A stretch of 39,957 nucleotides of DNA from an uncultured Methanosarcinales archaeon (GTDB taxonomy: Archaea > Nanobdellota > Nanobdellia > Woesearchaeales > CAZPJY01), in contig CAZPJY010000017.1 in the NCBI GenBank assembly GCA_964587045.1, forward strand, positions 1-39,957, given 5' to 3'. The notes beneath the pieces are model-generated. The model searched no databases, was not told where the DNA came from, and saw only the letters and a program-made list of their open reading frames with translations. Below are positions 17,036-25,896 of this stretch, piece after piece. Every line of letters begins with the position of its first letter. Positions within the stretch are counted from its first letter, which is position 1. The translations under genes and the position numbers were made by a program.

Positions 17036-18502
17036 ATGGATGTCATACTGGACTGCTACACCGACGAGCCCGCGGGGCTTGGGGTGCCGCCGTACATCGG
17101 CACCTACCCCAGATACGTCTACGGGGCGCTTGGCGGCGCGACATACCTCACCATCGACGACCTGCGCAACCTCGAGCGGGAGCGAAAGGAGCCCAAGCCC
17201 TCTGGCAGGACCGACATCAGGCGTCTGCACCTGACAAGGCCCAGGGATGAGGTGAGGAAGGCTCTCGACAGCGCGAGACGCCTGGTCGTGATAGCAGGCA
17301 TCCACACCCCGGGCAAGTACCTATCAGCGGAGCCTGGCACCCTGCCGGAGATCGTCGGGCTGATCAGGGGCATCAGGGCCAAAAAGGTCCTCACCGGCCC
17401 GGCAGGATCGTTCGGCTCAAGGCTGGAGGGCGGAAAGCACGTCGAGCGCGCAGACCTCTCGGTATTCGATCATGTAGACCCGGACTTCGAGGGCATCTCT
17501 GACTACCAAAAGGTCAGGGAGTACACCGTCAAGGGGGCGGAGCTCGCAAGGCAGCTGCCATGGGAAGCCATCGCTGAGCTCGAGACAGGCCACGGGTGCT
17601 ACCGCGCGGTATCGTGCAGCTTCTGCACAGAGCCTCTCAAGAACAGGCAGAGCTTCAGGAACGAGCCAGACATAATCGAGGAGGCCAAGGCCCTCAACGC
17701 CGCGGGCATCGAGCACTTCCGCTTGGGCAAGCAGGCGTGCTTCTACTCGTACAAGGGCAGGAGCGTCGCCGCCATCAAAAAATTGCTGAAAGGAATTTCA
17801 GCGCTGCAGCCCAGGACCCTGCACATCGACAACGTCAACCCGATCAAGGTGCTCGGCGCCGACGGCAAGAGGGTGACCAAACTGATAGCGACCTACTGCA
17901 CCCCGGGCAACGTCGCGGCATTCGGAGTCGAGAGCTTCGACCCTGAAGTGGTCAGGGCAAACAGGCTCAACACCACACCCGAGATCGCGATGGAAGCGGT
18001 TCGGATAGTCAACCAGTTCGGAGGCGAGCGGGGGCAAAACGGCATGCCCAAGTTCCTGCCAGGCATCAACATCCTGCTGGGCCTGATTGACGAGAGCAAG
18101 ACCACCCTTGGGCTGAACCTCGAGGCCCTGAAGCGCATCTACGACGAGGGATTGATGCTTCGGCGCATCAACATACGCCAGGTCGTCCCATTCCCGGGCA
18201 CCGCGCTCTACGCAGAGGCAGGCACCCGCTTCATCCAGAGGAACAAGAAGCGCTACTACTCCTTCCGCGACAGTGTGAGGAAAGGGGTGGACCTGCCCAT
18301 GCTCAGGCGCGTCGTCCCTGAAGGCACGGTCCTCAAGGACTTGCAGGCAGAGGTTTGGGATGGCAAGACCACCTTCTGCAGGCAGCTGGGCACGTATCCT
18401 CTCATCGTCGGCGTCAAGGACGTGCGCCTGCCCCTTCAGTCCTTCCACGACGTGCGCGTAACAGGCCACATGCTGCGCAGCCTCGTGGGCGAGCTTGCCT
18501 AA
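17036..18502 (+). CDS. Radical SAM protein, COG1031-like, with a C-terminal TRAM-like region
   Basis: YTDEPAGLGVPPYIGTYPRY, ETGHGCYRAVSCSFCTEP, LHIDNVNP and LRRINIRQV motifs. Confidence 0.9.
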   Translation: MDVILDCYTDEPAGLGVPPYIGTYPRYVYGALGGATYLTIDDLRNLERERKEPKPSGRTDIRRLHLTRPRDEVRKALDSARRLVVIAGIHTPGKYLSAEPGTLPEIVGLIRGIRAKKVLTGPAGSFGSRLEGGKHVERADLSVFDHVDPDFEGISDYQKVREYTVKGAELARQLPWEAIAELETGHGCYRAVSCSFCTEPLKNRQSFRNEPDIIEEAKALNAAGIEHFRLGKQACFYSYKGRSVAAIKKLLKGISALQPRTLHIDNVNPIKVLGADGKRVTKLIATYCTPGNVAAFGVESFDPEVVRANRLNTTPEIAMEAVRIVNQFGGERGQNGMPKFLPGINILLGLIDESKTTLGLNLEALKRIYDEGLMLRRINIRQVVPFPGTALYAEAGTRFIQRNKKRYYSFRDSVRKGVDLPMLRRVVPEGTVLKDLQAEVWDGKTTFCRQLGTYPLIVGVKDVRLPLQSFHDVRVTGHMLRSLVGELA

Positions 18503-18533
18503 GCCTTAAATATAGAAGATTCAGACTGCCTTC

Positions 18534-19310
18534 ATGGCGCGCCGCAAGTTCCTGAAAAACTTATTCGTCGTAGCAGTGGCGTGGGAGCTGCTCTTCTCGA
18601 CGAACAGCAGGCTTCCGCAGAGGTTCATCGACCCGCTGCTCGAGACCCCAAATGAGGTGAACCTCGAGCAGAGGATCCGTAAGGAGGTGTACCCCTCAGG
18701 ATTCAGGGGAGCGGGCAGGCAGGAGAAGCTGGACCGGTTCGCAGGCGTCTACGAAAGGGCAAGGAGCAACTGGGACCGCTTCGACGAGCAGTTCGCGGAG
18801 GTCAACGCCCTCTTCCTCAAGTACGACGACACGCACTGCTACGTGACGGTCTTCGACGACATTATCCTCGGCTTCGGCGGAGAGAAGGAGCTGATCCACG
18901 AGATGGCCCACATCTGGCACTTCAACCGTGCGTGGGAGATGAACGCTGAGTGGAGGCTCATCTCTGAGGACCACTACCTCTCAGACTTCATCAACGCGAC
19001 CGATGAAGACCGGACCAGGAACGGCGCGGTCTACTGCTACGCCCTCAAGAACATCCAGGAAGACGTCGCATGCACGGCCCAGTTCGTATACGAAATGTGC
19101 GACCCTTCGGTGTGGGTGATGAACATGCCCAATAGGGCGATGGAAGGCAGAAGAAAGGATGCTGACCTCGAACTCCTGGTGTTCAGGAGGATAACCAACA
19201 TCCCGAAAGTCCTGGCCAAGACGGAACTGCTTTTCAAGTACGGCTTCATCTCGGAGCGAGAGCGCGACTACGCCATGAGCGAGCTTTCGGCCAAGGGCAT
19301 AGATTTTTAA
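18534..19310 (+). CDS. Exported zinc-metallopeptidase-like protein (twin-arginine-like signal)
   Basis: MARRKFL plus a hydrophobic stretch; LIHEMAHIWH and YALKNIQEDVA motifs. Confidence 0.7.
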   Translation: MARRKFLKNLFVVAVAWELLFSTNSRLPQRFIDPLLETPNEVNLEQRIRKEVYPSGFRGAGRQEKLDRFAGVYERARSNWDRFDEQFAEVNALFLKYDDTHCYVTVFDDIILGFGGEKELIHEMAHIWHFNRAWEMNAEWRLISEDHYLSDFINATDEDRTRNGAVYCYALKNIQEDVACTAQFVYEMCDPSVWVMNMPNRAMEGRRKDADLELLVFRRITNIPKVLAKTELLFKYGFISERERDYAMSELSAKGIDF

Positions 19311-19334
19311 GTAAGGATTTCTCGCCAGACCGCC

Positions 19335-19757
19335 ATGAAGGGAATCGCAAGTCTGGGCATCGCTGCCATAGTTGCGATGTCATGCGCATCATCAGTAACC
19401 GAACGCGTTCCGAGCGATGAATATTCGAGCATGCCCGCTGCCGTGCTGACATATGACATGGAAAACGTTAGGGTCAAAGGCAAGTGCCTCGATTTTGCCA
19501 GGGACCAAAACAGCAGGAGTTTTGTTCTCACATCTAACGATGCGAGCATACAGTGCCTGGTAAGCACCGCCAATCTCGACGCGAAGGAGCTGGGCCTCCT
19601 CGACCGCATCATCGATGAGATGAAGCTATGCTCAGAGGTGGAGGTGTACGGCGACTACGCGCACGGCGCCGGAGACTACCGCATACTCACCGTGGAGGGT
19701 GTGGCGTACAGGAAGGGAAACGTCAACCACTTCGTCAGGATGGGGTGCGGGAATTGA
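19335..19757 (+). CDS. Lipoprotein, OB-fold-like
   Basis: AMS-C lipobox; VRVKG...SFVL...IQCLV...VEVYGDY pattern. Confidence 0.65.
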   Translation: MKGIASLGIAAIVAMSCASSVTERVPSDEYSSMPAAVLTYDMENVRVKGKCLDFARDQNSRSFVLTSNDASIQCLVSTANLDAKELGLLDRIIDEMKLCSEVEVYGDYAHGAGDYRILTVEGVAYRKGNVNHFVRMGCGN

Positions 19758-20206
19758 AAGGCGCCCTGAAGGCGGCAGGCCTCGCAGCGCTCGTGCTCCT
19801 GTCGTGCAGCCCCAAGGCAGCCGCGCCGCCGCCCGCGGAGCACCACTACAACCCGCAGCTGAGGACAGCGTACCCGTCCATGCAGGCTGAGCTTGAAGGC
19901 TACACCGCAGCCTACCTAAACGAGCTCACCTTCGAGCCGCGGAAGAACGTAGCGATACTCGCGCTGCTGGGAAGCGACTTCATGGTTGTGTCCGACAGAT
20001 ACGTCTCGTTTTCCGTCCGCGACCTCGGGGGAAACGAGCTTTTCTGCGAAATGCGAAAGGACGCAGTGACGCCTGAGCACTACCGCGACGTAAAGGAGTA
20101 CCTCGGCGCTCACAAGGACGACATCACGGCGGTGGTGAGGGTGTTCGGCGACTACGACGGCGTGTTCATGCACGCGCGGCACCTCCACGGGTGGGAGATG
20201 AGATGA
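19754..20206 (+). CDS. Lipoprotein, OB-fold-like
   Basis: TTG start overlapping the previous stop; LLS-C lipobox; SFSVRD...LFCEM...VRVFGDYDG. Confidence 0.65.
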   Translation: MKGALKAAGLAALVLLSCSPKAAAPPPAEHHYNPQLRTAYPSMQAELEGYTAAYLNELTFEPRKNVAILALLGSDFMVVSDRYVSFSVRDLGGNELFCEMRKDAVTPEHYRDVKEYLGAHKDDITAVVRVFGDYDGVFMHARHLHGWEMR

Positions 20207-20598
20207 AGAAAACAATCGTTGCACTGAGCCTCCTGGCGATGCTCAGCTGCACCACGAAAGCGGACGAGCCTGACTGGAAATCAACCATCGCAGATATGCA
20301 AGCACCGAAAAAGATCGAGCAGATCGTCGAGGGAGGACCCACGGAGCACGTCCACGCCTGGGGGATGCTCGGCAGCGGCTACGGTGTGCAGGGCAGCCGC
20401 TTCTGGTTCCCAATCGAAAGCGCTGACAAGGAATCCTACATCAGCTGCGACGTGTACAAGGATGTGGTCGGCGACTCCCTTTACAAAGAATATCTCAGCC
20501 GCATCGATGACAGGCTGGGCAAGATGTGCGTCATGTCTGTAGAGGGAAGCTACGACGGCGAGAAGCTGACGGTTCGCCGTCTTGAGACCCATCCCTGA
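20203..20598 (+). CDS. Lipoprotein, OB-fold-like
   Basis: ATGA overlap; MKKTIVALSLLAMLS-C; FWFPIE...ISCDV...SVEGSYDG. Confidence 0.7.
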   Translation: MKKTIVALSLLAMLSCTTKADEPDWKSTIADMQAPKKIEQIVEGGPTEHVHAWGMLGSGYGVQGSRFWFPIESADKESYISCDVYKDVVGDSLYKEYLSRIDDRLGKMCVMSVEGSYDGEKLTVRRLETHP

Positions 20599-20642
20599 AC
20601 GCGAAAAGTATTTAAACATTACGGCGGTTCTCTGCCTTCTAG

Positions 20643-20715
20643 GCCCCGGTAGCTTAGTAGGTAGAGCGCATGGCTGTTAACCATGAGGTCACCAGTTCGA
20701 GTCTGGTCCGGGGCG
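20643..20715 (+). tRNA. tRNA-Asn (GTT)
   Basis: Acceptor stem GCCCCGG/CCGGGGC, anticodon arm CATGG-CTGTTAA-CCATG, T arm ACCAG-TTCGAGT-CTGGT; no encoded CCA. Confidence 0.96.
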
Positions 20716-20719
20716 GCTT

Positions 20720-20793
20720 GGGCCCGTAGCTTAGCCTGGTGGAGCATACCGCTGATAACGGTAAGGTCCGGGGTTCAAATCCCCGCGGGCCCA
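20720..20793 (+). tRNA. tRNA-Ile (GAT)
   Basis: Acceptor stem GGGCCCG/CGGGCCC, anticodon arm TACCG-CTGATAA-CGGTA, T arm CGGGG-TTCAAAT-CCCCG; 4-nt spacer after tRNA-Asn. Confidence 0.96.
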
Positions 20794-21564
20794 TTCTGAT
20801 AATTCTTTAAGATTGGAAAAGTATAATTACTGCCAACTTTCTTTAATATCTCATTTAGGAATTCTTCAAATATTTCACTTTCTTTTTTTACGAGATATAC
20901 CCTGTGCAAATCATACCATCTATATTTGCTGCGATTTTGTGAGGTCAATCTTGCATCAAATCCCAGCTCATTGAGCATATCTTTCATATTTCGTACCAGA
21001 TGGTAAGATATCGAATTAAGAACCATTGTTCCTTTCAGATAACCATCACTAAGCATAATTCCGAGAATGAAACCCTCTTTGAACTCTGTGGTATATAACG
21101 AGGCAGGATGTACTAATTGGACAGTTAATCCTTTATTTCTTGCAAAGGACAGATATCTTTTCGCGAAATCAAATATGAAATGAGAATGAACCATTACAAA
21201 AGCTTGTTTTCCCCGTCCGTATTTTTTTTTTCGATGTCTTCCCAAACAGCTTCAATAGCAATTCCTGTACAAATCCTATTAGCTCAGGCTGCTCCCTGTT
21301 CAAGCAGAACTTGATTGTGTAACCATGGTCATAGTACTGGCTCCCATCCCCTGTCCACAGTCCGCAGTACAGACCTATCAGACGTTCATCATCAGTTTTC
21401 AGCTCCCTTACCAGATTCTGCTCCTTGACCTCCTTGCCTGCGAGGATCAGGTATTTCTTGATAGAGGAAGGAGAGCAGGCTGTCAGGTCCGCAATCTCGT
21501 TCATGGAACACCCCTGCTCGAAAAGATCACAGAAATTTTGGCGTTTTTCCGACGGTATCGTCAT
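20775..21564 (-). pseudogene. HTH + double-motif LAGLIDADG endonuclease-like gene, frameshifted at an A10 tract
   Basis: LYCGLWTGDGS in 21169..21564 and FILGIMLSDGY in 20775..21245. Removing one A from the run at 21222-21231 fuses them into 262 aa. The region is AT-rich. Confidence 0.8.
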
Positions 21565-21676
21565 ATTTTAGGTACGCAAGACATCTTAATAAATTTCACG
21601 TGAGCATGTCCAGTGAGGCTTATTTTTGTTTTACCGGACCGCAAACTTTTTATATTGGACAGCGAATAGTATGATT

Positions 21677-21709
21677 ATGACTGCAACAGGCGATTGCCGG
21701 TGGCTTTAG
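21677..21709 (+). promoter_or_regulatory. Candidate Trp-containing leader peptide (MTATGDCRWL) upstream of trpB2
   Basis: ATG lies 22 nt after TTTTTATA (21647-21654); TGG is the penultimate sense codon. Confidence 0.5.
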
Positions 21710-21802
21710 TTTTCTAGATACATCCATGTTCAAGACATCTGACGGCATCTGGCGGTAGCCCTCTTTCTCGACATCACAAAAAAATAATTGGAGGTAAAAA
21801 AA

Positions 21803-23044
21803 ATGACAATCGAGATACCAAAACAGATGTACAACGCGGTCCCTGACCTGCCGGCACCGCTGCCGCCGCCGAAAGGGAACCTGGAGCTGATGGGAAAGAT
21901 CTTCCCAAAAGGCTTCCTCGCGCAGGAGATGAGCCAGGAGTCCTTCTTCGACATCCCCGACGAGGTGAGGGAGCTGCTAGCGCAGATCGGACGGCCCACC
22001 CGCCTGCAGAGGGCGAAGCGTCTGGAGGAGGCCATAGGCACGAAGGCCAGGATCTTCTTCAAGCGGGAGGACACGACCGCGACCGGAAGCCACAAGATCA
22101 ACTCAGCACTGATGCAGGTGTACCTCGCCAAGAAGGAGGGCATCAGCACCATGCTGACTGAGACGGGCGCCGGCCAGTGGGGCAGCGCCCTCTCCCTGGC
22201 AGGATCACTGCTTGGTGTGAAGATCAAGGTCTTCATGGTAAGGTGCAGCTACGAACAAAAGCCGTACCGAAAGCACGTGATGAGGCTGTACGGAGCCGAC
22301 GTCGTCCCGAGCCCGAGCAACGAGACGGCGATAGGCAGGAGGCTTGCAAAGGACCCCAAGAACAGGAACGGCTCGCTGGGCATAGCGATAGCAGAGGCAA
22401 TAGAGGCAGCGCAAGAGGACGGCTCCGCCCTCGGCTCCGCTGGCAGGGTGTACGGCCTGGGCTCGGTCCTCAACGCGGTGCTCGCGCACCAGACCGTAAT
22501 CGGCCAGGAAGCAATGGTGCAGATGGCTGAGCTGGGCGCGGAACCTGATGTCATCGTCGGATGCACGGGCGGCGGAAGCAACTTCGGCGGCATAATGCTT
22601 CCCTTCTACCGCAAGCACAACGACAGCATAAGGTACGTAGCTGCTGAGCCGGCCAACTGCCCAAGCATGACCAAGGGGGAGTACAGGTACGACTACGGCG
22701 ACACCGGAAAGCAGACGCCCATGCTCAAGATGCACACCCTCGGATGCGACTTCGTGCCGCCGCCCGACCACTCAGGCGGCCTGAGGTACCACGGCATGGC
22801 ACCCATCATAAGCCTGCTGGTGGAGCAGGGCGTCGTCGAGCCGAAGAGCTACACCCAGGCTGAGGTGTTCGAGGCCGGCAAGCTGTTCGCGCGGACCGAA
22901 GGCGTGATTCCCGCGCCTGAGACGAACCACGCGGTCAAGGCCGCCATCGACGAGGCGCGTGGCGCCAAGAAGGGTAAGGTGATCCTGATGAACTTCTCAG
23001 GGCACGGCCTCTTGGACCTCGCTGGGTACGAGAATTATCTTTAA
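21803..23044 (+). CDS. trpB: Tryptophan synthase beta chain, TrpB2 type
   Basis: GRPTRLQRA, TGSHKINSA (PLP lysine), TETGAGQWGSAL, GGGSNFGG, GGLRYHG and NFSGHGLLD; GGAGGT SD before ATG 21803. Confidence 0.95.
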   Translation: MTIEIPKQMYNAVPDLPAPLPPPKGNLELMGKIFPKGFLAQEMSQESFFDIPDEVRELLAQIGRPTRLQRAKRLEEAIGTKARIFFKREDTTATGSHKINSALMQVYLAKKEGISTMLTETGAGQWGSALSLAGSLLGVKIKVFMVRCSYEQKPYRKHVMRLYGADVVPSPSNETAIGRRLAKDPKNRNGSLGIAIAEAIEAAQEDGSALGSAGRVYGLGSVLNAVLAHQTVIGQEAMVQMAELGAEPDVIVGCTGGGSNFGGIMLPFYRKHNDSIRYVAAEPANCPSMTKGEYRYDYGDTGKQTPMLKMHTLGCDFVPPPDHSGGLRYHGMAPIISLLVEQGVVEPKSYTQAEVFEAGKLFARTEGVIPAPETNHAVKAAIDEARGAKKGKVILMNFSGHGLLDLAGYENYL

Positions 23045-23060
23045 TTTTTTTTATTTTTTT
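23045..23060 (+). terminator. Oligo-T terminator of trpB2
   Basis: Two T runs separated by one A immediately after the stop codon. Confidence 0.6.
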
Positions 23061-23097
23061 GAAAAGAAATATATACCATAGCGTTTCAAGTAATGAC

Positions 23098-23190
23098 ATG
23101 CTAGGCAAGAAGGCCGCCGACTTCGGCACTGTCATCCTGATAATCGTCGTGGCCATACTGGTGATGTGGATCCTCAAGAGGATACTTTAA
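23098..23190 (+). CDS. 30-aa membrane micropeptide with a class III signal-like N-terminus
   Basis: MLGKKAADFGTVILIIVVAILVMWILKRIL; BRE/TATA GAAAAGAAATATATA ends 22 nt upstream; host-like codons. Confidence 0.65.
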   Translation: MLGKKAADFGTVILIIVVAILVMWILKRIL

Positions 23191-23232
23191 GCGTTCCAAT
23201 CAGGGCCGCCGACTCAGCTGCAGTGGTAAATC

Positions 23233-24057
23233 TTAGAGCTTCGTGACTGTGGGCTCCTCGTTTGCGAGCTCGAAGAAGCCGTTGTTGCTCATGTTCGAGT
23301 AGCTTCTTATCACATTCTCGCTGACCCTCCGAAAGGTCAGAGCGTAGCACAGCTCCTTAGCCTGCCGAATTGAAGGGTGCTTGAGGTAGAACTGTATGTG
23401 GTCGGGGTGCAGGGCGCCGTACATCGCAGAGACGGGCCTGCCCTTTTCAAACCTCTTTTCAGCCAGCAGGTCCAGGCCTTTTGCGATCATCACGTTGCGG
23501 TAGTCGAACGAGCTCGTCGTGAAGAACTCCTCGGGGGTGTAGCCGTCATATGTGGTGGTGAGGCCTTTGAACCCTGTGGTCCTCATCAGGTTGTTGCCGA
23601 GCAGGAACGTTGCTGCGCTCCCTCCGAGCGCCGCCAGGAAGCCCCTCCTGCTGAGACGCCTCGTCTCGGTCGCGTCGATGGCGCACACAACCCCTCCGAA
23701 GCCGCCCAGGACCTGCATCGTTATGCCGGCGTCTTTTACCTTCTCGTCCATGGCAAGCTGCTTGGGCGTCAAAGGATCGATGGAGTGCAGCGGCTTTCTC
23801 ATGTAGGAAAGCGCGTCGTAGACCATCATGTAAAACGCGGTCTGCTCAGTGATCTCTTTCGATATCTTCGCCGGGTCGGCCTCGCCCACCAGCTGGTCGC
23901 TCTTCTCAAGCACTTCCACAAGGGATGGCCAGTCAGTGAAGGCGCTGACGATGTTGTGCTCGACCCCAACCAGGAAGAGGGGGACGCCGTGCACCTCGAC
24001 CAGGCGGCTTCTGTTGTACCACTCGTAATCTTTTGGCACCAGGTCTGAAAGCTCCAT
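23233..24057 (-). CDS. TraB/GumN-like fold membrane protein (paralog 2)
   Basis: LFLVGVEH, LVGEAD, DYRNVMIA and YGALH motifs; internal hydrophobic hairpin with RRGFL. Confidence 0.6.
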   Translation of the reverse strand: MELSDLVPKDYEWYNRSRLVEVHGVPLFLVGVEHNIVSAFTDWPSLVEVLEKSDQLVGEADPAKISKEITEQTAFYMMVYDALSYMRKPLHSIDPLTPKQLAMDEKVKDAGITMQVLGGFGGVVCAIDATETRRLSRRGFLAALGGSAATFLLGNNLMRTTGFKGLTTTYDGYTPEEFFTTSSFDYRNVMIAKGLDLLAEKRFEKGRPVSAMYGALHPDHIQFYLKHPSIRQAKELCYALTFRRVSENVIRSYSNMSNNGFFELANEEPTVTKL

Positions 24058-24878
24058 CAGTACTTGACCTCCTTTGGTTTGAATGCTGTTTTGAACGTGC
24101 TGTAGTCGGAGTACTCCCTTATCACGCGCGAGCCTACGCGGTCGTAGGTCAGCTGGTAGATGTAGTCCTTGGCAGAGCTGATTCTGGGGTTTTCGAGGTA
24201 GAACCGAACAGGGTCAATGTGCGCCTGTCCGTAGATCAGCATAATGTCTTCGCCTTGTGGACTCTGCCGCGCTATGGTTTTTGCAGCCTTGGCGATCCTG
24301 ACATTGCGGTAGTCAATGTCGTTTAGGCCCAGGAGGTCGTCCGGGCCGTAGGTGGTCAGGGCGCTGTTGCCCTTGGTCCCAACCCCCAGGTTGCTGTTTG
24401 AGAAGAGGAAGGCCCCGCCGAGTATAACTGCGGTGTGGGCCCAGTAGAGCCTCATGAACCTGCGCCTGCCTATATGCTTCCTTGTGGTCAAAATGTAGTT
24501 GAAGCTGTTCAATGCCTCGAACAACGTGATACCTCCTGCGCCTCCTACAATGAGATCGACCAGGCTTGTTTTTTCCGTTTGGGAATCAACAAAGTAGATA
24601 GGGCGCTTGTGCCTGGCATAGTCTATGTACACCATCTTGTAGAAGTTAGCCCCATCGTTGTCAGGCGCGTATCCGCCCTTGATGAACCTGCTGGGATCTG
24701 CTTCCATGATGAGCCTGTCGGCCCTGCGCAGCGCGCCTGAGAGGTCAGCTGAGTGGTCGCGCCAGAACCCCATTGTATGGACCACTCCCAACATGTGGAG
24801 AGTTCTCCCTTCCAGATCCATCTTCACTGGAGAGTATGGGTACTCTTCAGATACCAGACCTTTCTCCACTTGCGCCAT
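24057..24878 (-). CDS. TraB/GumN-like fold membrane protein (paralog 1)
   Basis: LHMLGVVH, LIMEAD, DYRNVRIA and YGQAH motifs; internal RRRFM. Confidence 0.6.
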   Translation of the reverse strand: MAQVEKGLVSEEYPYSPVKMDLEGRTLHMLGVVHTMGFWRDHSADLSGALRRADRLIMEADPSRFIKGGYAPDNDGANFYKMVYIDYARHKRPIYFVDSQTEKTSLVDLIVGGAGGITLFEALNSFNYILTTRKHIGRRRFMRLYWAHTAVILGGAFLFSNSNLGVGTKGNSALTTYGPDDLLGLNDIDYRNVRIAKAAKTIARQSPQGEDIMLIYGQAHIDPVRFYLENPRISSAKDYIYQLTYDRVGSRVIREYSDYSTFKTAFKPKEVKY

Positions 24879-24960
24879 CTTGTGGGCGGGAAATCTGCCT
24901 TTTTATAAAGCTTGCTTAAAGCACACTTTTTTATACTCGAGGGAGGCACCCTTTGCCCTT

Positions 24961-25896
24961 ATGAGGATAGGCAACGTTGAGATAGGAACGCCGGTTGCTC
25001 TGGCGCCCATGGCTGCTGTCAACTGCCTCGCTTTCCGCCTGATGGCCAAGCGGTACGGGGCAGGGCTTGTCAGCACGCAGGAGATACCCGCGTGGGAGCT
25101 GGCCTTGGACTCTGAAGAGGCGATGGCTAAGTACCTCGACGTCTCGCCCAGGGAGCGGCCACTCAGCGTGCAGCTGCTGGCCGGCAAGCCCGAGGACGTA
25201 AAGGCCGCCGCCGCGGTGGCTGAGCCCTTCGCAGACATCCTCGACCTCAACGCTGGCTGCATAACGGGCCAGATGCTGGGCCGCAAGACCGGCGCGTACC
25301 TCCTCAAGCACCCTGAGATGCTGGGCAAGGTGCTCGGAGCGATGATAGGCGCGACCAACAAGCCCGTGACGCTCAAGATGCGCCTGGGCTGGGACCAGGA
25401 CAATTTGGACTATCTCAAGGTGGGCCGAATGGCGCAGGACCTGGGAGTCGCTGCCATCACGCTGCACGGCCGCACCAAGGCCCAGCACTACATGGGGAAG
25501 GCGGACTGGGACGCGATCAAACAGCTGAAAGAAGCGGCCGACGTGCCTGTGATAGGCAACGGCGACGTAACGTCTGGCAACGACGCCAAGCGGATGATGG
25601 AGAAGACCGGATGCGACGCGGTCATGATAGGCCGCGGCGCGATAGGCAACCCGCAGGTCTTTTCGGATGCGAAGCTGGCCATAAGCGAGGGCGCGGACAG
25701 GCCTTTCCGCAGGCCTGACCCCAAACTGTTCTTAGAGTTCTACGGGATATACAAGGACGTGCAGAAGCGGCAGAAGTTCACAGAGCTGCGGCACCACGCC
25801 TACTGGTTCATGAAGGGCCAGCCCAAGGAGCTGCAGAAGAAGGTCCTCAGCGCTAAGGACGAGACCGAGGTTCTCTCTTACTTTCAAGCCTTATGA
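24961..25896 (+). CDS. dusB: tRNA-dihydrouridine synthase (DusB-like)
   Basis: LAPMA, DLNAGC, PVTLKMRLGWD, TLHGRT, VIGNGDV and VMIGRGAIGNP motifs. Confidence 0.93.
   Translation: MRIGNVEIGTPVALAPMAAVNCLAFRLMAKRYGAGLVSTQEIPAWELALDSEEAMAKYLDVSPRERPLSVQLLAGKPEDVKAAAAVAEPFADILDLNAGCITGQMLGRKTGAYLLKHPEMLGKVLGAMIGATNKPVTLKMRLGWDQDNLDYLKVGRMAQDLGVAAITLHGRTKAQHYMGKADWDAIKQLKEAADVPVIGNGDVTSGNDAKRMMEKTGCDAVMIGRGAIGNPQVFSDAKLAISEGADRPFRRPDPKLFLEFYGIYKDVQKRQKFTELRHHAYWFMKGQPKELQKKVLSAKDETEVLSYFQAL

Noticed and set aside
20643..21700. Integrated provirus or island at the tRNA pair
   Set aside because: No integrase and no duplicated tRNA 3' end (att site) seen in the window.
23203..23229. GGGCCGCCGACTCAGCTGCAGTGGTA resembling a tRNA 5' fragment
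   Set aside because: Too short and degenerate; no cloverleaf and no close match to the two tRNAs here.
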